Shown: positions 1 to 8,254 of the stretch, piece after piece | How positions within the stretch are numbered: the stretch's first letter is position 1 | How the letters are laid out: the number at the start of each line of letters is the position of its first letter | Origin: Candidatus Cloacimonadota bacterium | Lineage (GTDB): Bacteria; Cloacimonadota; Cloacimonadia; Cloacimonadales; Cloacimonadaceae | DNA: 43,289 bases | Direction of reading: 5' to 3' | Assembly (NCBI GenBank): GCA_017995405.1 | Contig: JAGOIY010000003.1 | Span: 1-43,289 of the forward strand | The notes under the pieces: model-generated | Told to the model about the DNA's origin: nothing | Database searches by the model: none | What the model saw: the letters and a program-made list of their open reading frames with translations, nothing else | Position numbers and translations under genes: made by a program

Positions 1-36
1 CCTCTTTCTCCAATCCCTCCCATAACTTGCCGTTGA

Positions 37-83
37 GATGCCGTGCGACCGGAGGCGATTTTCGGCGGAGAGCCCACGGCATC
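37..83. other. Long imperfect hairpin in the left-edge non-coding region
   Basis: GATGCCGTG (37-45) is the exact reverse complement of CACGGCATC (75-83), enclosing a 29-nt GC-rich interior. Stops occur in all plus frames across 1-110. Confidence 0.4.
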
Positions 84-144
84 GCGAGGACGGCTAAGCG
101 GCAAGGATAAACGGGCGGCAAATCATTCAGCAAGATAGGTATCC

Positions 145-290
145 GATTTCGCCCTTACCGGTGGAACGGATGCCTGCCCTGATATAGCCCAAGGCATCCC
201 CAATGTTATAGGGGATGGGTAGGGGGAGCTCCGATTGGCCAAACGGGAGATGAATAAGGGCGCGCTTACCGTGTCTTCACTCCAAACAGA
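145..290. repeat. Copy A of a ~150-nt palindrome-centred intergenic element (candidate structured RNA or REP/MITE-like repeat)
   Basis: It aligns by eye with the reverse complement of 17519-17675. Shared blocks are CGCCCTTAC (150-158), CCAAGGCATCCCCA (189-202), GGGGATG (211-217), GGGGGAGC (222-229), a GCGCGC block and CTTCAC..AAAC (275-287). The central hairpin is CATCCCC/GGGGATG (195-201/211-217). Confidence 0.6.
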
Positions 291-317
291 AAGCGCCGGC
301 AGTCAAACCACCAGCGC
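282..317 (-). terminator. Rho-independent terminator downstream of the 341-3385 gene
   Basis: The minus strand reads GCGCUGG-UGGUUUGACUG-CCGGCGC followed by UUUCUGUUU, starting 24 nt after the TAA at 341-343. Confidence 0.7.
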
Positions 318-340
318 TATTCTTATGTGAGGTGTGATAT

Positions 341-3300
341 TTATTTCATCATCAGCATCTTACGGCTCTGGAAATGGCTGCCGTCTGAAAGACGGTAAAG
401 ATAAACACCAGAGGCCACATCCTGGCCGTTGGCGTCCTTTCCGTTCCAGATCAGGCTATGGTTCCCGGCTGGAAGTTTCCCCTCATGGAGGGTCTTGATC
501 CGCTGGCCTTTAAGGTTGTAGATTTCGAGGCTATAATGCCGATCGGGATCTGCGGTGCTGAATTGGATGGCCGTGCTTGGATTGAAGGGGTTGGGATGAT
601 TCTGTCCCAGTCTGAATCCCGCGGGTGGAGGCGCGGTGGGATCATCGTTGGCCACCGTATCGTTGGAGATTTTCTGCGCGTACAAGCCCAGAATCTCGGT
701 TTTTCCGCTGGAACGTCCGTCCGCCCAAATCGCGTAGGCGTGGTTGTTCATGCTGGTCAGTTTGGGCTCATACTGAGCTTTACCAGCGGCGCAGACGATA
801 TCTCCTCCAGGGCTGCCTGCGAAGGTGCCATCGCCATTGATGTATTTGTAATAGATATCGGATTCGAGGGCCAGATATTCTGTCCAGGCCACGGCGATCC
901 CATTGTTGTCAAAGGACGCGAAAGTGGGATTGGTCTGCGAGCTGTCTTTCTGCACCACATAATAGCCAAGGTTGCCCCAGAGGGGATTTCCATCCAGGCT
1001 GTAGCGATGGGCGATGATGTCGTGCATGCCGTTGATGTTTTCGCACCAGGCGAAGGTGATCAGGTCGGTGCGTCCATCGGTGAGGATGACGGGTTTTTCC
1101 TGCTCGCGGCCATAATCAGCCAGGTTTACACCCAGGGGGTCCCAAAGCCTTTGCGCGGTGGCGGAAATGTGCTGTCCGTAATAGTTTGACACCCAGTCTT
1201 CACGTTGATCTCTCCACATCACAAAGAGCCCCTGATCTGTCCTGGCAGAGGTGGGAACCATCTGTACGGTATCGAAACTATTATGAGTGGAAGCTCTTAA
1301 GCCTTCCGCAGGCCAGCCTGGCAGAGGATCTCCATTGGCGTCAACCAGCTTCACGTAGATGCTCTGGGTGCCGTCCATGGGATTGTAGCGCTGCCAGACA
1401 TAGTAGCTGTCGCGCATGTCAAAGATCACGCACTCGTTGTTGAGTTCGGCAGTGGCAAGATCGGAGATGATCTTGCCGTTGGGTCCCCACATCTTCTGGC
1501 CGTTTTGAATTCTCTGGCCATAGACATGATAATAGAAGCCTGTGCCCACCTGATCATAGTTTGACCAGCCGACGTAGAAGCTGTTGGTGGCCTGGTCGTA
1601 GCTGATGAAAGGATCTTTCTGGCGGAGGGGAGAATTCTGCGTGAGTTCCATGCCTGTATCGCCCCAGAGCTTTTCCCCGGTGGGAGACAAGAGCTGCAGA
1701 TAGATTTTGGGGTTGTCGTGGCGTTTATCTTCCCAGGCTACAGCAATATGGCCATCAGGAGTGACAGCGGCGGCCGGAGTAACCTGATGCTCTCCAGTGG
1801 AAGCAGTCACGGGGCGACCGTTGGTCTCGAGGTCAACGCTTCCATCGGGATTGAGGTATTGGAAGAAGATCTGATAGCCGAGGTTGGCGAAACGGGTATC
1901 CTGCCAGATGATAGCGGTATCATCTGCCCTGGGCAGAATCAGGTAGTTTTCCAGAGGAGTGTCGCCACTGAGGCCCCAAAAAACTTCCCGGCCATTCTGT
2001 TCCAGAAGAGGGGTGCCGGATGAATCTAAAACCTGATAATAGATGCCCACGCTGCCGTTGCGGATATCCATCCAATTCACATACACGTGGTTACCAGAGA
2101 ACTTGACCAGGCTGCCGTTTTGAGTGTTTCCAGCGGTGCAAACTGCCCTGCCGTTTACTTCCCACAGGGCCGTCCCGGAGGCATTGAGATGCTGGGCGTA
2201 AATATCGTCGTTGGGGGTGTTGCCGTTGCGCAGATCATCCCAGACCACATAGCAGCCGCCCGCTCCGTCGGAAGACATACGAGGCCCGATCTGAGCAAAC
2301 TCGGCCACGCACAACTGGATGCCCGCGGCTCCCCAAAGGACATTGCCCGCGGAGCTGATTTTCTGGGCAAAAAGATCGGGGTCCTGATTGTCGAGCCGGT
2401 GATCTTCCCAGATAATAATAGCCCCGTTGTCACTGGTGGCAACGATGCGGGGGTTTAGCTGAGGGGTGAAATTGGGGGTCCCGGAATCTCCATAGACGAC
2501 CGCGTGCTGACCCCAAACCATTTGCCCGTTGATGTTCACTTTTTGGGCCAGGATGTCGGGATCGTCATTGGTCTGATCTTGCCAGGTGTAGATGAACTCT
2601 GAGTTGCCAATCGAGGCCATGCGTACTTTGCCCTGGTTGCCAGTCCCGGTAGCCAACGCGAGAGGCTGCGTCCAGGCCATGGTGCCATTGGGCAAAAAGC
2701 GCTTTACATAAATATCTTCATTACTGGAATAGGTGTGAGTGTAGCCAATCATCATGCCACCTTGCCCATCAGGAAGCATGGTGTTTTGGATTTCGTCTCC
2801 AATCCCGTCCGCGATGGGGATGCCATTTACAGACCAGACCGGGGCCCCGGTTGCAGAGAGGCGCTGGCCAAAGAGGTCTTTGCTGGGATTGCGGGAATCC
2901 ATCCACACGATGTAAACGCCGCCCGCGTTATCAGGTTCCATATTGAGCGAAAGCTGAACTCCCGGGACCACGCAGACAGGTACTCCCCCGGTTTGCCACA
3001 TCAGCTGGCCATCGGCATTTACCTTCTGGGCATACACGCTGCCATCCAGGTCATCGCTAAAATCAATCCAGGCGATCACATAGTAGTTGTCGCTGGTACG
3101 CGTGACGACGGGATCTTCCTGCCGGTCAGGCTTACCATCCACCAGGAGGGGTTCACCCCACACCATGTTACCCTGAGCGTCCACTTTCTGAGCCCAGAGA
3201 TCACGCTCGCCAAGTTTGGTATCCGACCATACATAGATCGCTCCTCCATCATGAGTTTCGATCCCGGTACGGAACCATTCTATGTTCACACCCTGACGGA

Positions 3301-3385
3301 TGGGAACCGCGTCTGGCCATACCAAAGCGGCATATGAAACCGCGATCAGGCCAAGTAGGGTCAGTATCAACGCGAGTCTTCTCAC
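341..3385 (-). CDS. Secreted repeat (beta-propeller-like) protein with a T9SS/Por C-terminal sorting domain
   Basis: 1014-aa ORF with a GTG start preceded by AAGGAGGA and a signal peptide (MRRLALILTLLGLIAVSYA). About 15-16 degenerate repeats of the type [YF]AQK[VI]xxxGxxxWxxxG are present. The C-terminus NHPNPFNPSTAIQFS...IYNLKGQRIKTL...GVYLYRL...RKMLMMK is a typical Por secretion tail. Confidence 0.8.
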   Translation of the reverse strand: MRRLALILTLLGLIAVSYAALVWPDAVPIRQGVNIEWFRTGIETHDGGAIYVWSDTKLGERDLWAQKVDAQGNMVWGEPLLVDGKPDRQEDPVVTRTSDNYYVIAWIDFSDDLDGSVYAQKVNADGQLMWQTGGVPVCVVPGVQLSLNMEPDNAGGVYIVWMDSRNPSKDLFGQRLSATGAPVWSVNGIPIADGIGDEIQNTMLPDGQGGMMIGYTHTYSSNEDIYVKRFLPNGTMAWTQPLALATGTGNQGKVRMASIGNSEFIYTWQDQTNDDPDILAQKVNINGQMVWGQHAVVYGDSGTPNFTPQLNPRIVATSDNGAIIIWEDHRLDNQDPDLFAQKISSAGNVLWGAAGIQLCVAEFAQIGPRMSSDGAGGCYVVWDDLRNGNTPNDDIYAQHLNASGTALWEVNGRAVCTAGNTQNGSLVKFSGNHVYVNWMDIRNGSVGIYYQVLDSSGTPLLEQNGREVFWGLSGDTPLENYLILPRADDTAIIWQDTRFANLGYQIFFQYLNPDGSVDLETNGRPVTASTGEHQVTPAAAVTPDGHIAVAWEDKRHDNPKIYLQLLSPTGEKLWGDTGMELTQNSPLRQKDPFISYDQATNSFYVGWSNYDQVGTGFYYHVYGQRIQNGQKMWGPNGKIISDLATAELNNECVIFDMRDSYYVWQRYNPMDGTQSIYVKLVDANGDPLPGWPAEGLRASTHNSFDTVQMVPTSARTDQGLFVMWRDQREDWVSNYYGQHISATAQRLWDPLGVNLADYGREQEKPVILTDGRTDLITFAWCENINGMHDIIAHRYSLDGNPLWGNLGYYVVQKDSSQTNPTFASFDNNGIAVAWTEYLALESDIYYKYINGDGTFAGSPGGDIVCAAGKAQYEPKLTSMNNHAYAIWADGRSSGKTEILGLYAQKISNDTVANDDPTAPPPAGFRLGQNHPNPFNPSTAIQFSTADPDRHYSLEIYNLKGQRIKTLHEGKLPAGNHSLIWNGKDANGQDVASGVYLYRLSDGSHFQSRKMLMMK

Positions 3386-3421
3386 GTTTCCTCCTTATTT
3401 TCTATTGATTTATTAGTTTTA

Positions 3422-3445
3422 CCGGAACTGGAGATACCAGTTCCG
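3422..3445 (-). terminator. Stem-loop after guaD (possible terminator or attenuating hairpin, with no clear U-tract)
   Basis: CCGGAACTGG-AGATA-CCAGTTCCG forms a 9-bp perfect stem 43 nt downstream of the guaD stop. It is followed on the minus strand by GUAAAACUAAU. Confidence 0.4.
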
Positions 3446-3487
3446 CCCTTCATGGATGCAATAATCCTTCCAAAGCGGGAGCAGTGT

Positions 3488-4711
3488 TTAATCCTGGGAG
3501 TAAACTGTCCTGCCCCTGACTATGCAGCGGCAGGTCGTAAACTCCGCTCCATAGAAAAACAGACTCGATAAAAGCCCGGCATCTAAGCTGTGTCCGTCAG
3601 GTATCCTGAACACGCACAAATCAGCGTCTTTCCCAAGCTCCAACGACCCGATTCTTTCCTGCCAGCCCAAAATCGCAGCGGAAGCCATGGTCAAATGCCA
3701 CAAGAGGCGTGGAGGCGAGAGGGGACAGGCAGATTGGCGGTAGTTGGCCATCTGGGCATGATGTGGCATGCTGAGCGTGGTTCCAGCCCCGACGTCGCTT
3801 CCCAAGCCGATTCTGAGCCCAGCGTCCCACATTCTCTGGTAGGGAAACTCGCCACTCTTGAGGAAGAAATTGGAATCCGGGCAGTGGGCAATGGCCGTCT
3901 GAGTTTCTGCCAGAATCGCGATTTCCTCTTCCGAGAGGTGGATGGCGTGGCCCATGATGGTGTGGGGGCCAAGGATTCCCAGATCGGCATAGACCTGGGT
4001 GTAGGAAGCTTTGCCAAACAGCTCCTTAACCCAGGCGATTTCATCTTTGTTTTCTGATAAGTGGCTCTGGATAAAGGCACTGTGAGCAGAGGCGTATTCA
4101 CCGATGAGCTTCATAAGTTCAGTGGAACAGGTGGGGGCGAAGCGAGGGGTGAATATATAGTCCAGCAGGGTTGAGCGGTCATGCCATCGCTCGCGGAGGG
4201 CCACGCTGTTCTCATAGGCATAGGAAGTATCATGCAGCAAGGCATCCGGGCTGTTGCGGTCCATGAGGGTCATGCCGATCAAAGCTCTCGCTCCCAGCTC
4301 TTCCGCGACTTCAAAGGCCGCTTGGCAGGCCTGCCGGAATGGGGCAGTGTAGATCACGGTGGTAGTGGTGCCGGCGGCAAAGAGAGCCCGAAAAAAGTCC
4401 TTAGCGATCTCCAGAGCGTAATCCGTGTGGGCTGAAAGGGCCTCAGCAGGAAATATGTGCTTTTCCAGCCAGGGCAGAAGCGCAGGTTCAAAGCGCCCCC
4501 TTGCCCGGTATTGGGAAAGGTGGACGTGAAGATCGATAAACCCAGGCAACGCCATGCAATCGAGCGCGCTCTCAGCGTCCCGGTCTAGAGTGAGGTCATA
4601 AGGTCTGAGGGCTGATATGACACCATCATCGTAAGCGATCACGTGATCAGCCAGAAACTCGGCCCGATCAGGTGATATGGGATTGATGAGGTTAGTTCTG
4701 ATCTTGGGCAT
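3488..4711 (-). CDS. guaD: Guanine deaminase (amidohydrolase superfamily)
   Basis: The 407-aa product carries PGFIDLHVHLSQ, TPRFAPTCS, SENKDEIAWVKELF and GSDVGAGTT. These closely parallel E. coli GuaD motifs (PGFVDTHIHYPQ, TPRFAPTSS, ENKDEIAWVK, GTDIGAGTT). Confidence 0.85.
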   Translation of the reverse strand: MPKIRTNLINPISPDRAEFLADHVIAYDDGVISALRPYDLTLDRDAESALDCMALPGFIDLHVHLSQYRARGRFEPALLPWLEKHIFPAEALSAHTDYALEIAKDFFRALFAAGTTTTVIYTAPFRQACQAAFEVAEELGARALIGMTLMDRNSPDALLHDTSYAYENSVALRERWHDRSTLLDYIFTPRFAPTCSTELMKLIGEYASAHSAFIQSHLSENKDEIAWVKELFGKASYTQVYADLGILGPHTIMGHAIHLSEEEIAILAETQTAIAHCPDSNFFLKSGEFPYQRMWDAGLRIGLGSDVGAGTTLSMPHHAQMANYRQSACPLSPPRLLWHLTMASAAILGWQERIGSLELGKDADLCVFRIPDGHSLDAGLLSSLFFYGAEFTTCRCIVRGRTVYSQD

Positions 4712-7379
4712 ATTGTATCAATTCAATCCCGGTTACTGTCGCTGTCCCGATGCCAAAATGAAGCTCCGGAGCGTTTTGCGAGCATGTTCCCCTGGCGGAG
4801 TTGAGTTCCCGGACCAAAGAACTGGAAGTCCCGTTTTCATGCAGGAGTGAGATCCTGACTCTGCTGCCAAAAGCAGGGCTGTTGGGGTTTTGAGCATAAT
4901 CACGCGGCTCGTTTATGATCTGGATGGTATCTCCTTTCCAAACAGGCTTTACAAAGATCGCTTCATTGACGGTGGGAGTGGCGTTGTAGAGTATCCTGGT
5001 GCCGTTTCCGCTGCCTACCACGAGGTCCAAAAGGCCGTCACGGTTGAGATCTCCACAGGCATTGCCCCAACCGTTGTAAACTCGGGCCCCAGAAAGCCAG
5101 GTGATGTCTGTGAAAGTGCCATCGCCGTTGTTTTTATATAGATAGCTGCGATCATTTTCATACACGGAAGTGATGAAGAGGTCCAGCCAGCCATCGTTGT
5201 CGGCATCGAACCAGAGAGGATCGGAGTGCAATTCGTCCCATGTGATCCCCGCCGTTTTTGTGACATCGGTAAAGCTGTGAAAGCTGAAAGTGCGGTCGCC
5301 GATGCGATAGTCCGCGGGACCATCGTTGCGGAGCAGCATGCTGACATCGGATATATCTATATAGCGGGGATGAGCAAGATTGGCGATGAAGAGATCGAGG
5401 TCTCCGTCGTTATCATAATCTCCCCAGTCGGCCCCAATCGAATGACCATAGTATCCCTGTTTATAGCTTCCGGCAATCCCCGTGCTAAAAGCTTGGTCCA
5501 CAAAGCCGTCCGGGGTGTTCACAAAGAGAAAATTGCGGTTTAGGCGGTAGTTTGTGACCAGAATGTCGGTGCGTCCATCGTCATTGAAATCGGCAGGGGC
5601 CACTCCTCTGCCTGCCAGGCCAGGATTGTCTGTATCCGCGGCTGTTCTAAAACCGAGTTCCTTTCCCCGTTCTGAGAAATAACCTGCCTCATTCAGCCAG
5701 AAATAATCTGGGAATCCCTTTCTCTCCATCCATTTCTCGTAATTGGCCACATATAAAGAGGGGTAGCCGTTCATCTTCACATCAATCCAGGCTGCGGCTT
5801 CGGAAGGGAAGCCGTCATCGATATCTCCGGCCCGTTCATTGACATTGATAAAGCGAAGGCCCTGATGGTTTTTCATGAGCGCGTCGCCGATACCGTCCGG
5901 GCCGTGGGAAATGCTGGCAATATCCAGCCACCCGTCTTTGTTGAAGTCCGCCCAGATGCCTCCGCTGCCTGGACGTGAGGCCAGATTGAGGCTGTCGCTG
6001 AGGTCACAAAACTCCAGACCGAGCTGATTGCGATAGAGACGCGAACCGTTGAAGAGCAGGTCCAACCAGCCATCGTTGTCATAATCCGCGATCGCAATCC
6101 TGGTAAACCGCTGGTCCTCGAGTCCCAGGGCACGGGTAGAGTCTTCAAACACGATCCCATTGTAGTTCATCAAAGCTCTGCTCCACTGCGAGAGGTTTTG
6201 GGTGATTCCGAGCTCCCGATGGATCTTCCCAAGGGCCTCAAGAGCTTCCTGGTCAAAACGTTTGCGGGGAGCCCCTTTAATCAGGCAGTTCAGATAGTGA
6301 CGAGCGGCTTGTTCCTGGTAGGGAGGCACTTTGACGAGCGCGTAGAGGCCAGCTATCAGATACTCGAGCCTGGCCTGTTCGCCCTGATCGTTGTCCTTAA
6401 ACTGGATAGAATCAGCCATCGCAAGCAAGGAAGCCAGTTCCGGAGGGGGAAAATAGAACCGCTCTTCAGGATAGCCAGAAGCCAGCTCTTTCAGCTTCAA
6501 ATAGCGCAGCGTCAGCTGTTCGCAGGCGAGGGTGTTTTTCCAGTGCTCCGGATCATAGAGATTGAACAGCAGTTCGATGGATTCATTATTCGCCCGCAGG
6601 GAATCCGCGAGTGCCAGATACCTTTCCACTCTGGGGAGGATTCGTTCCAAAGATTGCTCTCCTGCCTGGCGATATGTCTTGCTCATGATGATCTGAGCTG
6701 AGATCATAGCGTGGGCGGGACTCAGGTCACCACATCGGGCGATGAGACTGTCCGCAAGGATTGTATTTGATTGCTTGAGAGAATGATAGAGCTTGTAGTA
6801 ATAGGAATAGTGACTGTAGCGCGAGCGGGGAAAGGCAGTCTCAAATTCGTCTATCATGACCAGGGCCAGGGAATCCGATCTCTCCACCGCGAAGGCATCA
6901 ACGCTTTCCTTGGCGAAGGCTTCTATATAGTCGTTATAGCTCTCAAGCTTGGTGACTTGAGCGAAGAAAAGGCTGTCCGCGATTCTGCCAGCCGCGTGGA
7001 CCAGGCTGAGACTATCGGCCTGAGAAGCAAAGCGCAACTCCAACTCTTTGAGCATATAGTATTTGAGGATGGGGTGAGTGGGCGTTTCCATCCTGAGCCA
7101 GTCTACAGCAGCGCTGAGATCATGGTATCCCACGGACAGCCTGTAGAGGCATTTGGCCTCCAGGGACGCGAGATCTCCCCTCCGGGCAAATTCCAACAGC
7201 AATTTCAGAGTGGTCTCGTTGGTTTCCTTCGCGAAGACGAGTGAATCCGCTTGAGAAGCGTATCCTTGCAGGGTGCTCTGATCCGTGCGGTTGATCAGAA
7301 ACCCCAGTTCTTCCAAGCTGAGAGCGGCCCCAGCTGTCGATAGCAGGATGATGCTGATCATCAGCAAAATGGCTTTCAT
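4692..7379 (-). CDS. Secreted FG-GAP/VCBS repeat protein with an ASPIC/UnbV-like C-terminus (CRTAC1 family) and an N-terminal helical domain
   Basis: 895 aa with a signal peptide. Ca-binding-type FG-GAP loops recur (DYDNDGWLDL, FNKDGWLDI, FNDDGRTDI, DYDNDGDLDLF, DADNDGWLDLF, DLNRDGLLDLV). The first ~400 aa are helical and unassigned. Confidence 0.75.
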   Translation of the reverse strand: MKAILLMISIILLSTAGAALSLEELGFLINRTDQSTLQGYASQADSLVFAKETNETTLKLLLEFARRGDLASLEAKCLYRLSVGYHDLSAAVDWLRMETPTHPILKYYMLKELELRFASQADSLSLVHAAGRIADSLFFAQVTKLESYNDYIEAFAKESVDAFAVERSDSLALVMIDEFETAFPRSRYSHYSYYYKLYHSLKQSNTILADSLIARCGDLSPAHAMISAQIIMSKTYRQAGEQSLERILPRVERYLALADSLRANNESIELLFNLYDPEHWKNTLACEQLTLRYLKLKELASGYPEERFYFPPPELASLLAMADSIQFKDNDQGEQARLEYLIAGLYALVKVPPYQEQAARHYLNCLIKGAPRKRFDQEALEALGKIHRELGITQNLSQWSRALMNYNGIVFEDSTRALGLEDQRFTRIAIADYDNDGWLDLLFNGSRLYRNQLGLEFCDLSDSLNLASRPGSGGIWADFNKDGWLDIASISHGPDGIGDALMKNHQGLRFINVNERAGDIDDGFPSEAAAWIDVKMNGYPSLYVANYEKWMERKGFPDYFWLNEAGYFSERGKELGFRTAADTDNPGLAGRGVAPADFNDDGRTDILVTNYRLNRNFLFVNTPDGFVDQAFSTGIAGSYKQGYYGHSIGADWGDYDNDGDLDLFIANLAHPRYIDISDVSMLLRNDGPADYRIGDRTFSFHSFTDVTKTAGITWDELHSDPLWFDADNDGWLDLFITSVYENDRSYLYKNNGDGTFTDITWLSGARVYNGWGNACGDLNRDGLLDLVVGSGNGTRILYNATPTVNEAIFVKPVWKGDTIQIINEPRDYAQNPNSPAFGSRVRISLLHENGTSSSLVRELNSARGTCSQNAPELHFGIGTATVTGIELIQYAQDQN

Positions 7380-7381
7380 AG

Positions 7382-8254
7382 CTAATCCTCCAGTTCCTTT
7401 AACAAGGTGGCAATATCCTCCGGGCTAAACAGGTAAGTGCTATTGCAGTAATGACAGACGGGCTCGATGCCGTCTTTCAGATCCCGAAGCTCATCCTTTC
7501 CCAAAGCCAGCAAGGACCTGGCAAAACGTTCCTTGGAACAATTGCAGCGGTAGCTGACAGGGTGAGCGGGCTTGAGGGTGTAATCCATATCCTTAAATAC
7601 AAAACGGTCGAAGATATCCTGCAGGCCCAAACCCATATCCATCAGATCTGAGAGGTTGGGTGTGAGATTCAGATTGTGGATCAGCGCTTCCGTCTTGTCA
7701 GGATCTGCAAAAGGCAGCTGTTGAATCATAAATCCTCCGCAAGCCCTGATCTGGGCTTCCCGGTCCACCAGAATTCCCAGCGATACCGCGCTGGGCACCT
7801 GTTCCGACTGCAGATAGAAATGGGCGAGGTCTTCCGCGATCTCACCGGTGACCAGTTCGGTGGAACCCATCCAAGGAGAGGTGCCCGGCAGTTGTTTGAT
7901 CACAGTCAGGGTGCCGTTGCCCAACTGCTTGCCGGGGAGAAAGTTGGCTTGGATGGCATCAAGCTGGAGAGAGGGGTTGCGGATATACCCTCTCAATTGG
8001 CCATAATGGTCGCAGATTACCAAACCGCCTTCCAGAGGACCGTCTCCGTCCACTCTGACACTCACTTCGCCGTTGTCGCTTTTTAGGTCAAGACTCAGGA
8101 GCGCCGCGGCACAAATCATCTTGCCCATCAGGATGGTGGCGATTGGAGACAGGTCGTGCAGATCACGCGCCCGCTGAGCCGTTTCAGTGGCTTCCACGGC
8201 AAAGATCCTGAAGCTGTCGCTGAGGGCCATTCCGCGCCAGAGAAGATCACTCAC
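7382..8254 (-). CDS. hslO: Hsp33 redox-regulated chaperone
   Basis: The C-terminal zinc centre is CNCSKERF...CHYCNSTY. The N-terminus (V)SDLLWRGMALSDSFRIFAV aligns with B. subtilis HslO MDYLVKALAYDGKVRAYA, so I prefer GTG 8254 (a GTGA overlap with the upstream stop) over the track's 8359 start. Confidence 0.85.
   Translation of the reverse strand: MSDLLWRGMALSDSFRIFAVEATETAQRARDLHDLSPIATILMGKMICAAALLSLDLKSDNGEVSVRVDGDGPLEGGLVICDHYGQLRGYIRNPSLQLDAIQANFLPGKQLGNGTLTVIKQLPGTSPWMGSTELVTGEIAEDLAHFYLQSEQVPSAVSLGILVDREAQIRACGGFMIQQLPFADPDKTEALIHNLNLTPNLSDLMDMGLGLQDIFDRFVFKDMDYTLKPAHPVSYRCNCSKERFARSLLALGKDELRDLKDGIEPVCHYCNSTYLFSPEDIATLLKELED

Noticed and set aside
1-82. A possible 5' end of a minus-strand gene (ATG at 82-80, open to the window edge, 27 codons).
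   Set aside because: The ATG lies inside the 37-83 hairpin and has no SD site. The peptide (MPWALRRKSPPVARHLNGKLWEGLEKE) is uninformative. This cannot be decided without the flanking sequence.
255-290. Resemblance of the minus-strand sequence GGAGTGAAGACACGGTAAGCGCGCCC, and of GGTAAGGGCGAAA at 146-158, to RNase P RNA conserved regions (GGTAAGGGTGAAAGGGTGCGGTAAGAGCGCACC).
   Set aside because: The order of the blocks is wrong for RNase P, and the GAGGAAAGTCC and ACAGAA..CCGGCTTA regions are absent. A second diverged copy exists at 17519-17675, which is unexpected for rnpB. I also could not match tmRNA, SRP, cobalamin, fluoride or ydaO consensus sequences.
458-1189. Long plus-strand ORFs lying antisense to large minus-strand genes. 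Examples are 458-1189, 2735-3337, 6198-6701, 17523-18308, 25744-26541, 29708-30508, 35857-36507 and 37055-37795.
   Set aside because: Each lies wholly inside, or spans, well-supported minus-strand genes with clear family motifs. Their translations are low-complexity (R/G/A/V-rich) with no recognisable motifs, and no SD sites were seen. They are typical shadow ORFs.
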